Shown here: positions 28,439-37,978 of the stretch, piece after piece
Position numbering within the stretch: position 1 is the first letter of the stretch
How the letters are laid out: every line of letters begins with the position of its first letter
Notes under the pieces: generated by a model
What the model saw: the letters and a program-made list of their open reading frames with translations, nothing else
Told to the model about the DNA's origin: nothing
Databases searched by the model: none
Program-made: the position numbers and the translations under genes
DNA from: a virus
Strand: one strand, 5' to 3'
Length of the DNA stretch: 64,000 nt
Virus record (IMG/VR): IMGVR_UViG_3300030329_005488
Span: 5,696-69,695 of that record

Positions 28439-28716
28439 GAGTGGCATCAGCACCAGCCCCTACTTGTCGAGAATGTGATGCGACACTTTCAATGAAAGGT
28501 AGGCAGAATCATAGCATCTGTTATGTTTGTTGGAACAACCCCCCTTTAGAGAAGAGATGTACTGCTACTAATAAAATAACAAAGAAGCGATGTAAGAATA
28601 GAGCCACCAACAACGGTCTATGTGGAACTCACAGTCGCCCAGTAGGTCCAAGATTATCAAAAAATGGGGACTGGGAAGATAGAAAGAAGTGGAAGGAAAG
28701 CCTCAAGGGAGGATAG
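28435..28716 (+). CDS. double Zn-finger protein
   Basis: CREC...CYVC and CTA...RCKN...GLCGTH. Confidence 0.65.
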   Translation: MRVASAPAPTCRECDATLSMKGRQNHSICYVCWNNPPLEKRCTATNKITKKRCKNRATNNGLCGTHSRPVGPRLSKNGDWEDRKKWKESLKGG

Positions 28717-28730
28717 TTTCTGGTCAATCT

Positions 28731-30071
28731 GTGAGGTTGGATGAGGCAGCGAGTACAATACTTGCCGCTATCACTGCTGACTCTGCACGAGAAACAGAAA
28801 AGATTCTTTTTGATTTTCTTTCTGAGAACATCGACGAAGTAAGTGAATTCGTATCGCTTCTTTATGGTAAGTATATTTTGAGACCTGAGCACATCATGTC
28901 TGCGTTACATCGCAGCATAGGTATGTTCCCTGAAGAGTTCGAGTTGGTAGATGGTGAGCCATTAGTTCCTTCCCTTGCATCAGAATCTCCACCGGAAGTG
29001 GAGGGGTCGATGTCTATACCAGAGGCGTTGGATTTAGTTGCTGCACTGAAAGATATGCAGAGCCCACCAGATATTCGTGCCGTGTTCAAGAAGATGGGGA
29101 GGCCAGACGCGCTCGTGTTATGGAACCGTGCTTTGGGTGAGAAGCCCCTCATCCCTAAGTATCGTATGACCAGAGCGTTTGCCCATCATCTTGAGGACTA
29201 TACACCACAGAGACTTCGTTTGGCATGCGCAGTAGAAGACATGGGGACGGTTCTCCGGCGCGCGTATCACGGTATTCTACCTCATAAGTTTCACATAGAG
29301 CCGGGGTATGCTTTCAAAGGCCCATCATACAAACAATGGAGATACTGGTCCGTCCCTTTTGAGAACACACATTATGATATTGTGTCAGGCCCTCGTCATT
29401 TCGCTCACTCTGTTCAAGGTAGAGTGTTAGTATTTGATAGGGCAGGGGAGCCTGTGAAAGGAGTGACTTCATCATTCGATACATCTGCTGACTGTGTTGT
29501 TGAGATAGACCATTCGGGGGAAGTGATTGAATGGTTACATACCGCTGACGACCCAGATATGTGGATGAGGGAGAGAGAGGAGAGAGCAGTCAATCCTACA
29601 ACCATCAAAGATGGGGACCATCTTAGAGCCCTTGCTCAATCTTTACAAGAAGGAGAACAGATGCGTCTCATCGATGGGGACAGAGCATACTTTCATAGTC
29701 AACATGTTGGAGGTTTCATCATGCCGAGGAGAGTATTCGAAATGCCTCTTCTGATAACAGCAACAAGGTTACAGAAGAACCGAGAAGAAGACTGGGTTGA
29801 TTTGAGGATAGAAGCCTTAGATGGTTTCGACCCTGTGAAAGTAGGTATTGCTAATGTTCAGCGTAGTAGACTGCCTGTTGTGGAGGCATTCCATCATCTG
29901 GCACATTCATGGGTAGATGTGGACCCACCCATCATAGGTCAGTTTCACGCCCTTAATATCGAAGAGGGTACGCTGAAAGGTGCTTACCTTGTACGTATCG
30001 ACACATCACTTGGGTTCAGTGATGCTATGCAATATTCAGATATTCTGGAGAGAGACCATGGACCTGAGTGA
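28731..30071 (+). CDS. ATP-dependent DNA ligase-like protein, apparently lacking the catalytic lysine
   Basis: YDIVSGPRHFAH..GRVLVFDRAGE aligns by eye to motif I ExKxDGxR..H...V..fsR.G; C-terminal YLVRIDTS...DA resembles motif VI; start uncertain (28689 or 28731). Confidence 0.55.
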   Translation: MRLDEAASTILAAITADSARETEKILFDFLSENIDEVSEFVSLLYGKYILRPEHIMSALHRSIGMFPEEFELVDGEPLVPSLASESPPEVEGSMSIPEALDLVAALKDMQSPPDIRAVFKKMGRPDALVLWNRALGEKPLIPKYRMTRAFAHHLEDYTPQRLRLACAVEDMGTVLRRAYHGILPHKFHIEPGYAFKGPSYKQWRYWSVPFENTHYDIVSGPRHFAHSVQGRVLVFDRAGEPVKGVTSSFDTSADCVVEIDHSGEVIEWLHTADDPDMWMREREERAVNPTTIKDGDHLRALAQSLQEGEQMRLIDGDRAYFHSQHVGGFIMPRRVFEMPLLITATRLQKNREEDWVDLRIEALDGFDPVKVGIANVQRSRLPVVEAFHHLAHSWVDVDPPIIGQFHALNIEEGTLKGAYLVRIDTSLGFSDAMQYSDILERDHGPE

Positions 30072-30414
30072 TGACTTCTTCATGGGCTGGTTAGCCAGAG
30101 ACGCGCGTTTCCAAGCAAGCGTTCATTTCGCACCTAAATGTAGGTTAGGCTATACAGTACATAGGAAGGTCTACGCCAGCATGGATGAAGCCCCACGTCT
30201 CACAATGTGGTTAAGAGAGAAAGGTATCAATGGGAGAGTCCTAAGAGACCGAGATGAAATCAGCAGGCTGTTGTCCCTGCTTGGCCCAGTCTGGGAGGTC
30301 GTCAAAGACCGAGACAACCTTGAGCGTCTAATGCTCACCATGGACGCTACAAGTATGAGGAAGATGAAACACGATGAGATGTGTGAGTTGATTCAAACTC
30401 TCGATTCTCTTTGA
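30058..30414 (+). CDS. LAGLIDADG-like (degenerate homing endonuclease fold) protein
   Basis: FFMGWLARDARFQASV....RLGYTV resembles a single-motif LAGLIDADG N-terminus. Confidence 0.45.
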   Translation: MDLSDDFFMGWLARDARFQASVHFAPKCRLGYTVHRKVYASMDEAPRLTMWLREKGINGRVLRDRDEISRLLSLLGPVWEVVKDRDNLERLMLTMDATSMRKMKHDEMCELIQTLDSL

Positions 30415-30456
30415 TATTATCGTATGATAATAAAGCGATAATATTGACATTTTCAA

Positions 30457-30482
30457 AACGGTATATAAGCGGGGAGGTTCCC
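30457..30482 (+). promoter_or_regulatory. TATA-box promoter, copy 2: AACGGTATATAAGCGGGGAGGTTCCC
   Basis: 25/26 identical to 8851-8876; directly upstream of the replication operon. Confidence 0.75.
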
Positions 30483-30507
30483 ACTATACTGGTGAGGAGG
30501 AAAGAAC

Positions 30508-31395
30508 ATGAAAATAGAACAAATGATTGGAATAGACGACCCAACCCATGCGGTTGGACATGTGAAAAGAATACTTGAAGAATCAGAGGAGATTCCTGAC
30601 CTTCTCTTTGTTGGGCCTCCGGGCCTTGGTAAAACGACCTTGGCTCACGCCATTGCTGACTATGTGAATGCTGAACTACATGAGTTCAATGCGAGCGATG
30701 AGCGTGGTATTGATATGGTCCGTACACGAATAAAGGAACTCTCCACCCAGCGTGGATGGGGAGAGAATCGCATCATCCTTCTTGATGAGGCTGATGGATT
30801 AACTAAGCAGGCACAGGATGCGCTGCGCAGAATCATAGAGACTGGGCAAGCGTGGTTTATCCTAACTGCTAACGTAGAGAGTAATCTCATACCTGCTCTT
30901 CGTAGCAGATGTAACACAATAACATTCACACCGTATAATGAAGAGCACATTCAACAATTCATTGGGATGCTCGACCCTTCCTATGATGTCGATGAGGAGA
31001 CGGCTTGTCGTATCCAGACAGCAACAGGAGGAGACCTGCGCAGAGTGCGCAACCTCATCATGTCTTCCTCAGTGAGGGAAGACCTTGACCGCGCTATCGG
31101 TAATGAGATGAATACTATATCTCAAGCAGCCCTGTCTTTGATAGGTGGTGCTTGGGAAGATTTGAGATTGGAGATGCAGAAACTGTCATGGGAAGGACAT
31201 GATAGATTTACCATTCTGCGCAGACTCCACGACATCGTCAGAGAGATGGTACCTGATGCCATGACTGCTGATGATTTCTATGCATATTCCAGTGTATGGG
31301 GCGACGCCGTCCTATCTGCACATCTATGGCCCTTGGGTGACTCAGGGTTCATTGATTGGTTTGTAGGTAAAGTGGCTGTCACAGCACGGGACTGA
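30508..31395 (+). CDS. rfcS: replication factor C small subunit-like clamp loader
   Basis: GPPGLGKTT, FNASDERGID, LDEAD, AQDALRR, LRSRC, GGDLR. Confidence 0.9.
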   Translation: MKIEQMIGIDDPTHAVGHVKRILEESEEIPDLLFVGPPGLGKTTLAHAIADYVNAELHEFNASDERGIDMVRTRIKELSTQRGWGENRIILLDEADGLTKQAQDALRRIIETGQAWFILTANVESNLIPALRSRCNTITFTPYNEEHIQQFIGMLDPSYDVDEETACRIQTATGGDLRRVRNLIMSSSVREDLDRAIGNEMNTISQAALSLIGGAWEDLRLEMQKLSWEGHDRFTILRRLHDIVREMVPDAMTADDFYAYSSVWGDAVLSAHLWPLGDSGFIDWFVGKVAVTARD

Positions 31396-31423
31396 AACAA
31401 ACAAGGAAAGAAAAAAAAGAGGA

Positions 31424-32767
31424 ATGAAAATGACTGGATTGAAAAGAAAGAAAACGAATGGAGAATTGCCTGAAGAGGCATTGGAGCGCCTACGTTGGTG
31501 GGCTGAACTACACGGGAAGACCGAGGAAGAAGCCATTGAAGGCTTCTCGGAATATTGTGCTGAATCATTCGGCATGATGGACTTCAGTGAAGAAGACGAC
31601 GGATTCATTGTTGAGGCTTCTGAGACCTTCGTGGTTGAAAGGCGCGTCAGCAGTGGTGGTGGAAGTGCAGGTGAAAGTGAAGAGTTTGTGGGAATGTTCG
31701 TCGGTATAGAGCCGAAGGTTCGTGACCGTAGAGAAAGAGACAGGGCAGCGGCTCTCCGCATTGTGAGGGAACAAGGCCTGACTGATGCACTTGAGAGTGG
31801 AAGAGTGGCTCGCGCCTTCGTAGAGGGCGGAGTCTGGATGTTGGAGAAAGCGAATGGAATTGTCGCAAGTACACAAGAACGATATGAAGAGGGTGTAGCC
31901 CCATGGTTCCTTGTAGAGGATGGTGGGATGCAACTTGCTCTTCTGCAGAACAATCCTGAATGGGGACGACACGGGGAGCCTATCGCTCCTTACATGTGGA
32001 CGAGAACTTTCCGATTCGAGGGTAACTCAGCCGATAAACTGGATGATGAGATTCGCTCACTGCGTATCACTGTGAGTGCTTCTGACCTCAATGAATGTTC
32101 AAAGCCTGTTCGAATGTTTGAGTCGTGTAAAATACGTGTGCGTGTGAGGAAGAATGTGAATCCCGGCTGGGAGGACACATACTCAGGAGTGAATCGCTTC
32201 TTCGATAATATCACATACACTGATGACTTTGTGCCTGAAGATGAGAGAGCACTCCTACAAGGAGAGAATTTCGTCAAGGCCTTGGGTTCTTGGGTAGATG
32301 ACCTGACTGACCTGACTGACCTCTATGAGGACAAGTCTGAGAAAATTGCAGGAATCGACAACCCGGTTGGTCCATTAGTGGCAATCAAAGCAAGGGTCAT
32401 GCACATGAACAAGGAAGGATACGACAGCGAATTCGACCCTACTGGGAAGGATTACATCATGCGCGTTTCCTCCTTCGCTCTTCAGAGGGCATACCCAACG
32501 AACATGATGATGCAAGAGTTGAGCGTCCGCATTCACGGGCACCTTGCTCAGGAAAACCACGCATTCGATTATCACAGTGAAGATGGTTGGAAGCCTTACG
32601 CTGTGAAGTCTACTGTTATCGTCTTCGGACGCCTTGGTGTTCGCAGAACTGATGATGGTGATGTACCGAAAATCAACGCTATGGGTGTGTACGCCGTACC
32701 TCGTCTCGCTATACCTGCAGGTGAGGGTGGCAACACGAACCTGAGCCAGTTCAGCGGTGATGAATGA
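31424..32767 (+). CDS. putative ssDNA-binding (RPA/OB-fold-like) protein
   Basis: beta-rich 447 aa protein between the clamp loader and a recombinase-like ATPase; acidic C-terminal tail; function inferred from context. Confidence 0.45.
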   Translation: MKMTGLKRKKTNGELPEEALERLRWWAELHGKTEEEAIEGFSEYCAESFGMMDFSEEDDGFIVEASETFVVERRVSSGGGSAGESEEFVGMFVGIEPKVRDRRERDRAAALRIVREQGLTDALESGRVARAFVEGGVWMLEKANGIVASTQERYEEGVAPWFLVEDGGMQLALLQNNPEWGRHGEPIAPYMWTRTFRFEGNSADKLDDEIRSLRITVSASDLNECSKPVRMFESCKIRVRVRKNVNPGWEDTYSGVNRFFDNITYTDDFVPEDERALLQGENFVKALGSWVDDLTDLTDLYEDKSEKIAGIDNPVGPLVAIKARVMHMNKEGYDSEFDPTGKDYIMRVSSFALQRAYPTNMMMQELSVRIHGHLAQENHAFDYHSEDGWKPYAVKSTVIVFGRLGVRRTDDGDVPKINAMGVYAVPRLAIPAGEGGNTNLSQFSGDE

Positions 32768-33765
32768 TGGGTGGTTTCAAGAAACTCGTTGAGGAGAAGG
32801 ACACCCCTGAAGAGGAGGTGAGTATCGAGATGGATGAGGTCCCCGGCCTCGTCCCCTCGACTCCCTCCCACACTGCCCCTCCCCCTGCTCCTACATCTAT
32901 GTGGGAAGAGATAGAGAACGCTGCTGAAGATGTAGTGGAGTCTCTGATGTTCTGTGGTGTTATCGGACATGAAGGAACCTGCAAGACTGGTATAGTTCTC
33001 GACAGTCTGATGAAAGAAGAACTGGATAAAGGGGATTGTATCCTCATTGTTGATTTCGATGGCGGTGGTAAAACACTACGTTCCTCTTATCACAAAGAGA
33101 GGATGAGGAATATCCGAACATTGAACCCTTGGGTCATGCAGAAGAACAGTCGAGACGCTTTCGACTACCCTGCTACCCACAACCGAACAATGGCTATCCT
33201 GCAAGAAGCAGTCGATTGGGCAGAGAGACAACAAGCCAAAGATTACCAAGGCCCACGTCTTCATACCTTGCTCGTCACCGCACTCGATTTGTGGGACACT
33301 GTCGCTAAGAACTGCATGTTGATTGAAGACCTTGGTACTGCACCTGATGGAATAGGAGCGCAAATCAAACCTCATGAGAAAGTAGGGCTGCGATTCAATT
33401 GGCAGATTCGTGCCACGAGATTCCATATGCTCACTGCTCAATGCAGAGAACTCATGCGATTAGGTGTGCGCTGTTTCGTAGAGACTCACCTGAAAGAAGA
33501 GTATGATGGCCACAACCCGTCAGGTCAATACAAACCTGATTGGGAGAAGCAGACCGGGAACTACCTGAATCAGATTATCCGCATGCATAAAACGCCTGTG
33601 AGAGATGAGGCAGGCGCGAGAACTGGAGAGGTCCGATACGAGGCTGAGTTCGTTAAGTGGAAAACCGACTCTGATTTGGTAGACCAGCGCAGAACCGTGA
33701 TGGTCACCAATGAAGGACAGCCTGCTAAGTGGTTCGGTTTACCAGAACTACGTGGTGGAGAGTAA
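32764..33765 (+). CDS. RecA-fold ATPase (Sak4/AAA_24- or RadB-like recombination protein)
   Basis: Walker A GHEGTCKT, IVDFDGG, ETH; acidic/Pro-rich N-terminus. Confidence 0.65.
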   Translation: MMGGFKKLVEEKDTPEEEVSIEMDEVPGLVPSTPSHTAPPPAPTSMWEEIENAAEDVVESLMFCGVIGHEGTCKTGIVLDSLMKEELDKGDCILIVDFDGGGKTLRSSYHKERMRNIRTLNPWVMQKNSRDAFDYPATHNRTMAILQEAVDWAERQQAKDYQGPRLHTLLVTALDLWDTVAKNCMLIEDLGTAPDGIGAQIKPHEKVGLRFNWQIRATRFHMLTAQCRELMRLGVRCFVETHLKEEYDGHNPSGQYKPDWEKQTGNYLNQIIRMHKTPVRDEAGARTGEVRYEAEFVKWKTDSDLVDQRRTVMVTNEGQPAKWFGLPELRGGE

Positions 33766-33992
33766 TGGCATGCAGTGTGTGTGGGGAGACAGGGCATAAG
33801 GCTCCGAGTTGTAAATACAACGAGCCGCCCGTCCTCCACTTTGTAGTGCAGAGTGAACGCCTATGTTCTGAGGAAATCGATACTGGTGTGCCTGAGATGT
33901 GGCAAATCGGTGACCGTGTGAAAGAAAGACCGCTCTGTGCACTATGCTCGACTGAATATCTTGTTCGTTTTGGTAGGATGTTCACATGGTGA
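33765..33992 (+). CDS. Zn-knuckle protein
   Basis: CSVCGETGHKAPSC (CCHC) plus CALC. Confidence 0.65.
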   Translation: MACSVCGETGHKAPSCKYNEPPVLHFVVQSERLCSEEIDTGVPEMWQIGDRVKERPLCALCSTEYLVRFGRMFTW

Positions 33993-34741
33993 GATTGAAT
34001 ATCGATAAGGCCCTCCTCAAGGGGTTCTTGACAGGCTTCGGCCCGGGGGTCGGTGACCTTCGGGCTGAGGCCAAAGCAGGGAGATTGGAGGGTATAGTTG
34101 CCCTCCCCACTCATCTCTTGAGGACTCAGATGCCTGCCGATGTGGAGGACGCAGGAGAGGTTGTCTTCAGTGACATTCCAAAGGTTCTCTCTTTCCTCAA
34201 GGCCTTACCTAAAAGCGCCAACATCATCAACATATGGCAACCAAAAGGGCGCCCACTCAAGATGTCCTGTGGGATGACCAGTGTAGAGATGCCTGCTTCT
34301 GACTACATCCGCTCTTATGTGAATGTACCTCGCGCGCTTCTCTTGGTTGATGAGGCAGAGAATGACCTCTGGAAGAGTTGGGCTGGTCAACCATTGACCT
34401 CTCATATGCTACTGAAGACACAGTGGTTAGGTGAAGTCAGTGACATGCAAAAGGTCGTTGGGAAGGACATGACATATTCTACCATCTTCGACCCTCAACA
34501 AGCGCAGTTCAGTGTATCAGCAGGGCGCGCAGGTGGTGTGAAGATGAAGGTGGGTAATGAACTGGAGACCTTCGATGGTCCTGAAGCATCTTCGATATTC
34601 GGACCTTGGTTCCCTACATTGATGCAGTGCATCCCTACTGGGGTAGTGGATGTCTTCACTGCTGACGACTACATCTTGGTACTCCGACATGTTGAGAAAG
34701 AACATCTACTCATTATTCTCGACCAGCAAGGGGGGAATTGA
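33986..34741 (+). CDS. divergent PCNA-like sliding clamp
   Basis: 251 aa with a two-domain alpha/beta pattern; lies between the RFC and PolB genes. Confidence 0.55.
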   Translation: MVRLNIDKALLKGFLTGFGPGVGDLRAEAKAGRLEGIVALPTHLLRTQMPADVEDAGEVVFSDIPKVLSFLKALPKSANIINIWQPKGRPLKMSCGMTSVEMPASDYIRSYVNVPRALLLVDEAENDLWKSWAGQPLTSHMLLKTQWLGEVSDMQKVVGKDMTYSTIFDPQQAQFSVSAGRAGGVKMKVGNELETFDGPEASSIFGPWFPTLMQCIPTGVVDVFTADDYILVLRHVEKEHLLIILDQQGGN

Positions 34742-34840
34742 ATGGACAAGTACGAGGAAGAGAAAGAGAAGCGTCGTTTGAGTGCTCTCAAAGGTTGGGT
34801 CACACGTCGCAAGAAACTCAAGGAGGGTGAAGAGGAATGA
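34742..34840 (+). CDS. basic microprotein (32 aa)
   Basis: MDKYEEEKEKRRLSALKGWVTRRKKLKEGEEE; fills the gap. Confidence 0.45.
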   Translation: MDKYEEEKEKRRLSALKGWVTRRKKLKEGEEE

Positions 34841-35610
34841 TAGTAACGGAGAAATTCACCAACTCCCATGGGGACGAATGGGTATTTGAATATGATTCTG
34901 AGGTAGGCGAAGGTATTCTGAAAGGCTCAGATATCGACTGGGAAAGTTACCCATGTAGAGAAAGGTCTAACCTCGGCCTTATTCTCAATAGTGAGGAAAG
35001 GGAATGGCTTGAAGAAGTATGGACGGATGTGCATGTGCATGCTCGCTCATGGTCAAATGAGGGAGTGGTGTCTCGACGAGAAAAGACAAGAGTTCGAGAT
35101 TATTGGCGAGATAAACCTGAAACTCAATATTTCAACCCTGATTGGGATGAAACGAATTGGTCTTGTTTTGCGTGCGGAATAGAATGTGGTGGTTACATTG
35201 ACAGTGCCCATATTAGGCCAAGAAAAAGAGGAGAAGTAAAGGGGGTAAAGCCCGGAACAGAAAACAATATCCATCTTCTTTGTAGAGTATGTCATACTGA
35301 AAGCGAAGGTCTGTTAGAACGAGCATATTGGCATTGGCTTCACCTCAAATCTATGATATATAATAAAGGGAATTTAGAGAACATTCTTTTGCGGGACCCT
35401 TATTTACCATCAATTTCGATTGATGATGTAACGTATGATTGTTATGCCGTTCAACAAATATCAACACTCATAAAAACATCAAGAGAACATATTCATGGCG
35501 CTTCTAATAAAGTAGAGCGCTATTATACTACAGCACTCAAAGACCGTGAGGGTAATCCTATTGGCCCAGAAATGACTTCTATTATGATTGGGGATGAAGA
35601 TGAATGTTGA
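34837..35610 (+). CDS. HNH endonuclease
   Basis: CFACG...SAHIRP...NNIHLLCRVCH; visibly more AT-rich than its neighbours. Confidence 0.75.
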   Translation: MIVTEKFTNSHGDEWVFEYDSEVGEGILKGSDIDWESYPCRERSNLGLILNSEEREWLEEVWTDVHVHARSWSNEGVVSRREKTRVRDYWRDKPETQYFNPDWDETNWSCFACGIECGGYIDSAHIRPRKRGEVKGVKPGTENNIHLLCRVCHTESEGLLERAYWHWLHLKSMIYNKGNLENILLRDPYLPSISIDDVTYDCYAVQQISTLIKTSREHIHGASNKVERYYTTALKDREGNPIGPEMTSIMIGDEDEC

Positions 35611-37973
35611 TTGATAATATATTCAGAGACGATGATACTCCTATTATCTACACTCGGTCAAGAGATGAGAGTGGTAATCTTATTGAGCGTAGACAGTTCG
35701 ATTTCAAACCTTATTTCTGGGTACCGGCAAGCACACCTGAGTTTCGTCTCAGTAGACTCAAGCGCTCCTTCCCTACGGCACGTGTGTGTCAAGATGAGAC
35801 AGCCACAGGTTTGGACGGGGCACCTCTGTTCAAGATAGAAGCACACAGTCCTTATGATGTCACAAAGATGCGCGAGATGTTTGAGCGCACCTATGAAGCG
35901 GATGTTCGATTTACTGACCGATGGCTCATTGATAATGTTCAGGAGATGCCAACATGGAAACCGCGTAAGTGGTGGTATGACATAGAATGTGACACTGGAG
36001 ACGATTCATTCACTACCGTCATCGCTGTCATTGATAGTGACCTTGACACCCCTGTGGTGTTCGCTTGGGCCGATGACCGAACCAATTGTCCTTACTCACT
36101 TACAGGACGAAGTAGAGAATTGATTCATAGAAAAGTGCGCGATGTAGAATATGAATTACATCTCTGTTTCAGTGAGAGGCAGTTGTATGAGAATTTCATT
36201 GACTTCCTCCATGAGCGGGACCCTGATATGATGATTGCTCACGCAGGAACTTTCTTCGACATACCTCACATGGTTGAGCGCCTTGACCATATCTATGGGC
36301 ATGGTGGCGCTTCTCGATTGAGCCCTCTTGGTATCATTCGTAGACCGAGAAGAGGGGAAGACTCCTACGATTTCACAGACCAACCTATCGCTGGTCGCTG
36401 GCAGTTCGACACTGCTTCCCCTGCTCAGAGCGGTACGGGTTTCGAAAGGGTGTGGAAGGATAGTGGTGGCGGCCAACTACCAGACAGGAAGTTGAATACC
36501 ATCGCTGAGATTCTGGGCCTTGGCTCTAAACTCACAGAGGAGATTGAAGGGATGGATGTACACAATGGTTGGTATGAATACTGGGAAGAATTCATCGACT
36601 ATTGTCTGTTAGATACTGTTCTCCTTCGTGGTATTGACGAGGCGCGAAACGTGACAGACTTCTATGTAGAGATGGTTCGTCTCTGTGGGGTCAGTCTACA
36701 GTCAGCCTGTAACGTCACGAACTTTGCACGCGGGCTTCTATCACGTAGAACACAACGTAAGGCAGCATCGCGTTTCCGTGCATCTGATGACCAGAAATTG
36801 AAAGGCGCAGAAGTAGGGTTGAATTGTGTGACTGGTCTCCATGAGGGAGTTGCCATTATCGATTACAAGGGACTATACCCTTCTCTCATCGTTGGGCATA
36901 ATTTATCCTATGAAACAAAACGTGATGGGCCCGGGGAAGGTATTACTCAATTGGAGAATGGGTCTTACTGGGACCAGAGAGAGAAAGGACTTCTACCTAA
37001 AGTGGTCGACTATCTTTTCGAGTATCGCGCAATCTGTAAAGAGAACATGAAGCATGCTAAGAGTGTCGAAGAAAGAGATGCTTGGAACACAACCCAGTCT
37101 GCTGTAAAGAGAGTCATGGCTTCCCTTTATGGTATGACTGCGCACATTGGATATGGTTGGGCTGACGCAGACATCGCTCATACCATCACAAGTGAGGGTA
37201 GAAGATGCATACGATTATTAGACAAGGTCTCTTCTCAGCGTGGATACGAATGTTTGTACGGTCACACTGACAGCGCCTTTGTCAAAGTACCATTAGATGA
37301 CGCTCACAATCTTGCAGAAGCCATCACAGAAGTTGTTCAGAAAGCGACTGGTAATGAAAGGCTTGTGGCGGAATTAGAAGCATGGATGCCTTACTGGCTA
37401 TTAGCGAAAAAGAATCGCTATGTTGGTCGCATCGAATGGCCTGTTGAAGAAGAAGGGAAGATGAAAGTAGCAGGGTTCGGCCTAAAGGCGAGCAATACTG
37501 CACCCCTCTCTAAAGAAGTACAGAGGCTGGTATTTGAAATGGTCTTGAATGGGGCGTCAGAAGGCGAAGTATCTGAAGTCCTTCTCCCCCTTTCTAAGGA
37601 CTTACGTGAAGGTGTCATTGACATCAAACGTGTATCTCTCTCTACACGTTTAGGAATGAATCTGAGAGATTACAAAACATTGAGCGGTGGTAGTAAAGCC
37701 GCCGATTACTACAACAGAAACATGGGAGATGACCCCTTCAAGAAGGGGGACTCTGTCAAATGGACTTACGTGTCATCAACACCTTCAGGTATGGAGGTGA
37801 CTGACATTGTCGGGTTCCGTGAGCCTTCTGATATAGAAGGTTTCGAACTCGATGCTGAAACCATCCTTCAGAAGATGGTGAAAGCGAAACTGAAGAGTGT
37901 GTACGACACACTCGAATGGGACCTTGAGGGAGCACTCGGGGCACCAAGACCGAAGAACTACGGATGGTGGTGA
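35604..37973 (+). CDS. polB: family B DNA polymerase
   Basis: ExoI DIECD, ExoII FFD, ExoIII YCLLD, motif A DYKGLYPS, motif B KRVMASLYG, motif C YGHTDS, KKNRY. Confidence 0.95.
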   Translation: MLIDNIFRDDDTPIIYTRSRDESGNLIERRQFDFKPYFWVPASTPEFRLSRLKRSFPTARVCQDETATGLDGAPLFKIEAHSPYDVTKMREMFERTYEADVRFTDRWLIDNVQEMPTWKPRKWWYDIECDTGDDSFTTVIAVIDSDLDTPVVFAWADDRTNCPYSLTGRSRELIHRKVRDVEYELHLCFSERQLYENFIDFLHERDPDMMIAHAGTFFDIPHMVERLDHIYGHGGASRLSPLGIIRRPRRGEDSYDFTDQPIAGRWQFDTASPAQSGTGFERVWKDSGGGQLPDRKLNTIAEILGLGSKLTEEIEGMDVHNGWYEYWEEFIDYCLLDTVLLRGIDEARNVTDFYVEMVRLCGVSLQSACNVTNFARGLLSRRTQRKAASRFRASDDQKLKGAEVGLNCVTGLHEGVAIIDYKGLYPSLIVGHNLSYETKRDGPGEGITQLENGSYWDQREKGLLPKVVDYLFEYRAICKENMKHAKSVEERDAWNTTQSAVKRVMASLYGMTAHIGYGWADADIAHTITSEGRRCIRLLDKVSSQRGYECLYGHTDSAFVKVPLDDAHNLAEAITEVVQKATGNERLVAELEAWMPYWLLAKKNRYVGRIEWPVEEEGKMKVAGFGLKASNTAPLSKEVQRLVFEMVLNGASEGEVSEVLLPLSKDLREGVIDIKRVSLSTRLGMNLRDYKTLSGGSKAADYYNRNMGDDPFKKGDSVKWTYVSSTPSGMEVTDIVGFREPSDIEGFELDAETILQKMVKAKLKSVYDTLEWDLEGALGAPRPKNYGWW

Positions 37974-37978
37974 AAAAA

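Noticed and set aside
35604-37973. Intein or intron in polB
   Set aside because: Length (789 aa) and motif spacing are normal; no intein splice motifs seen
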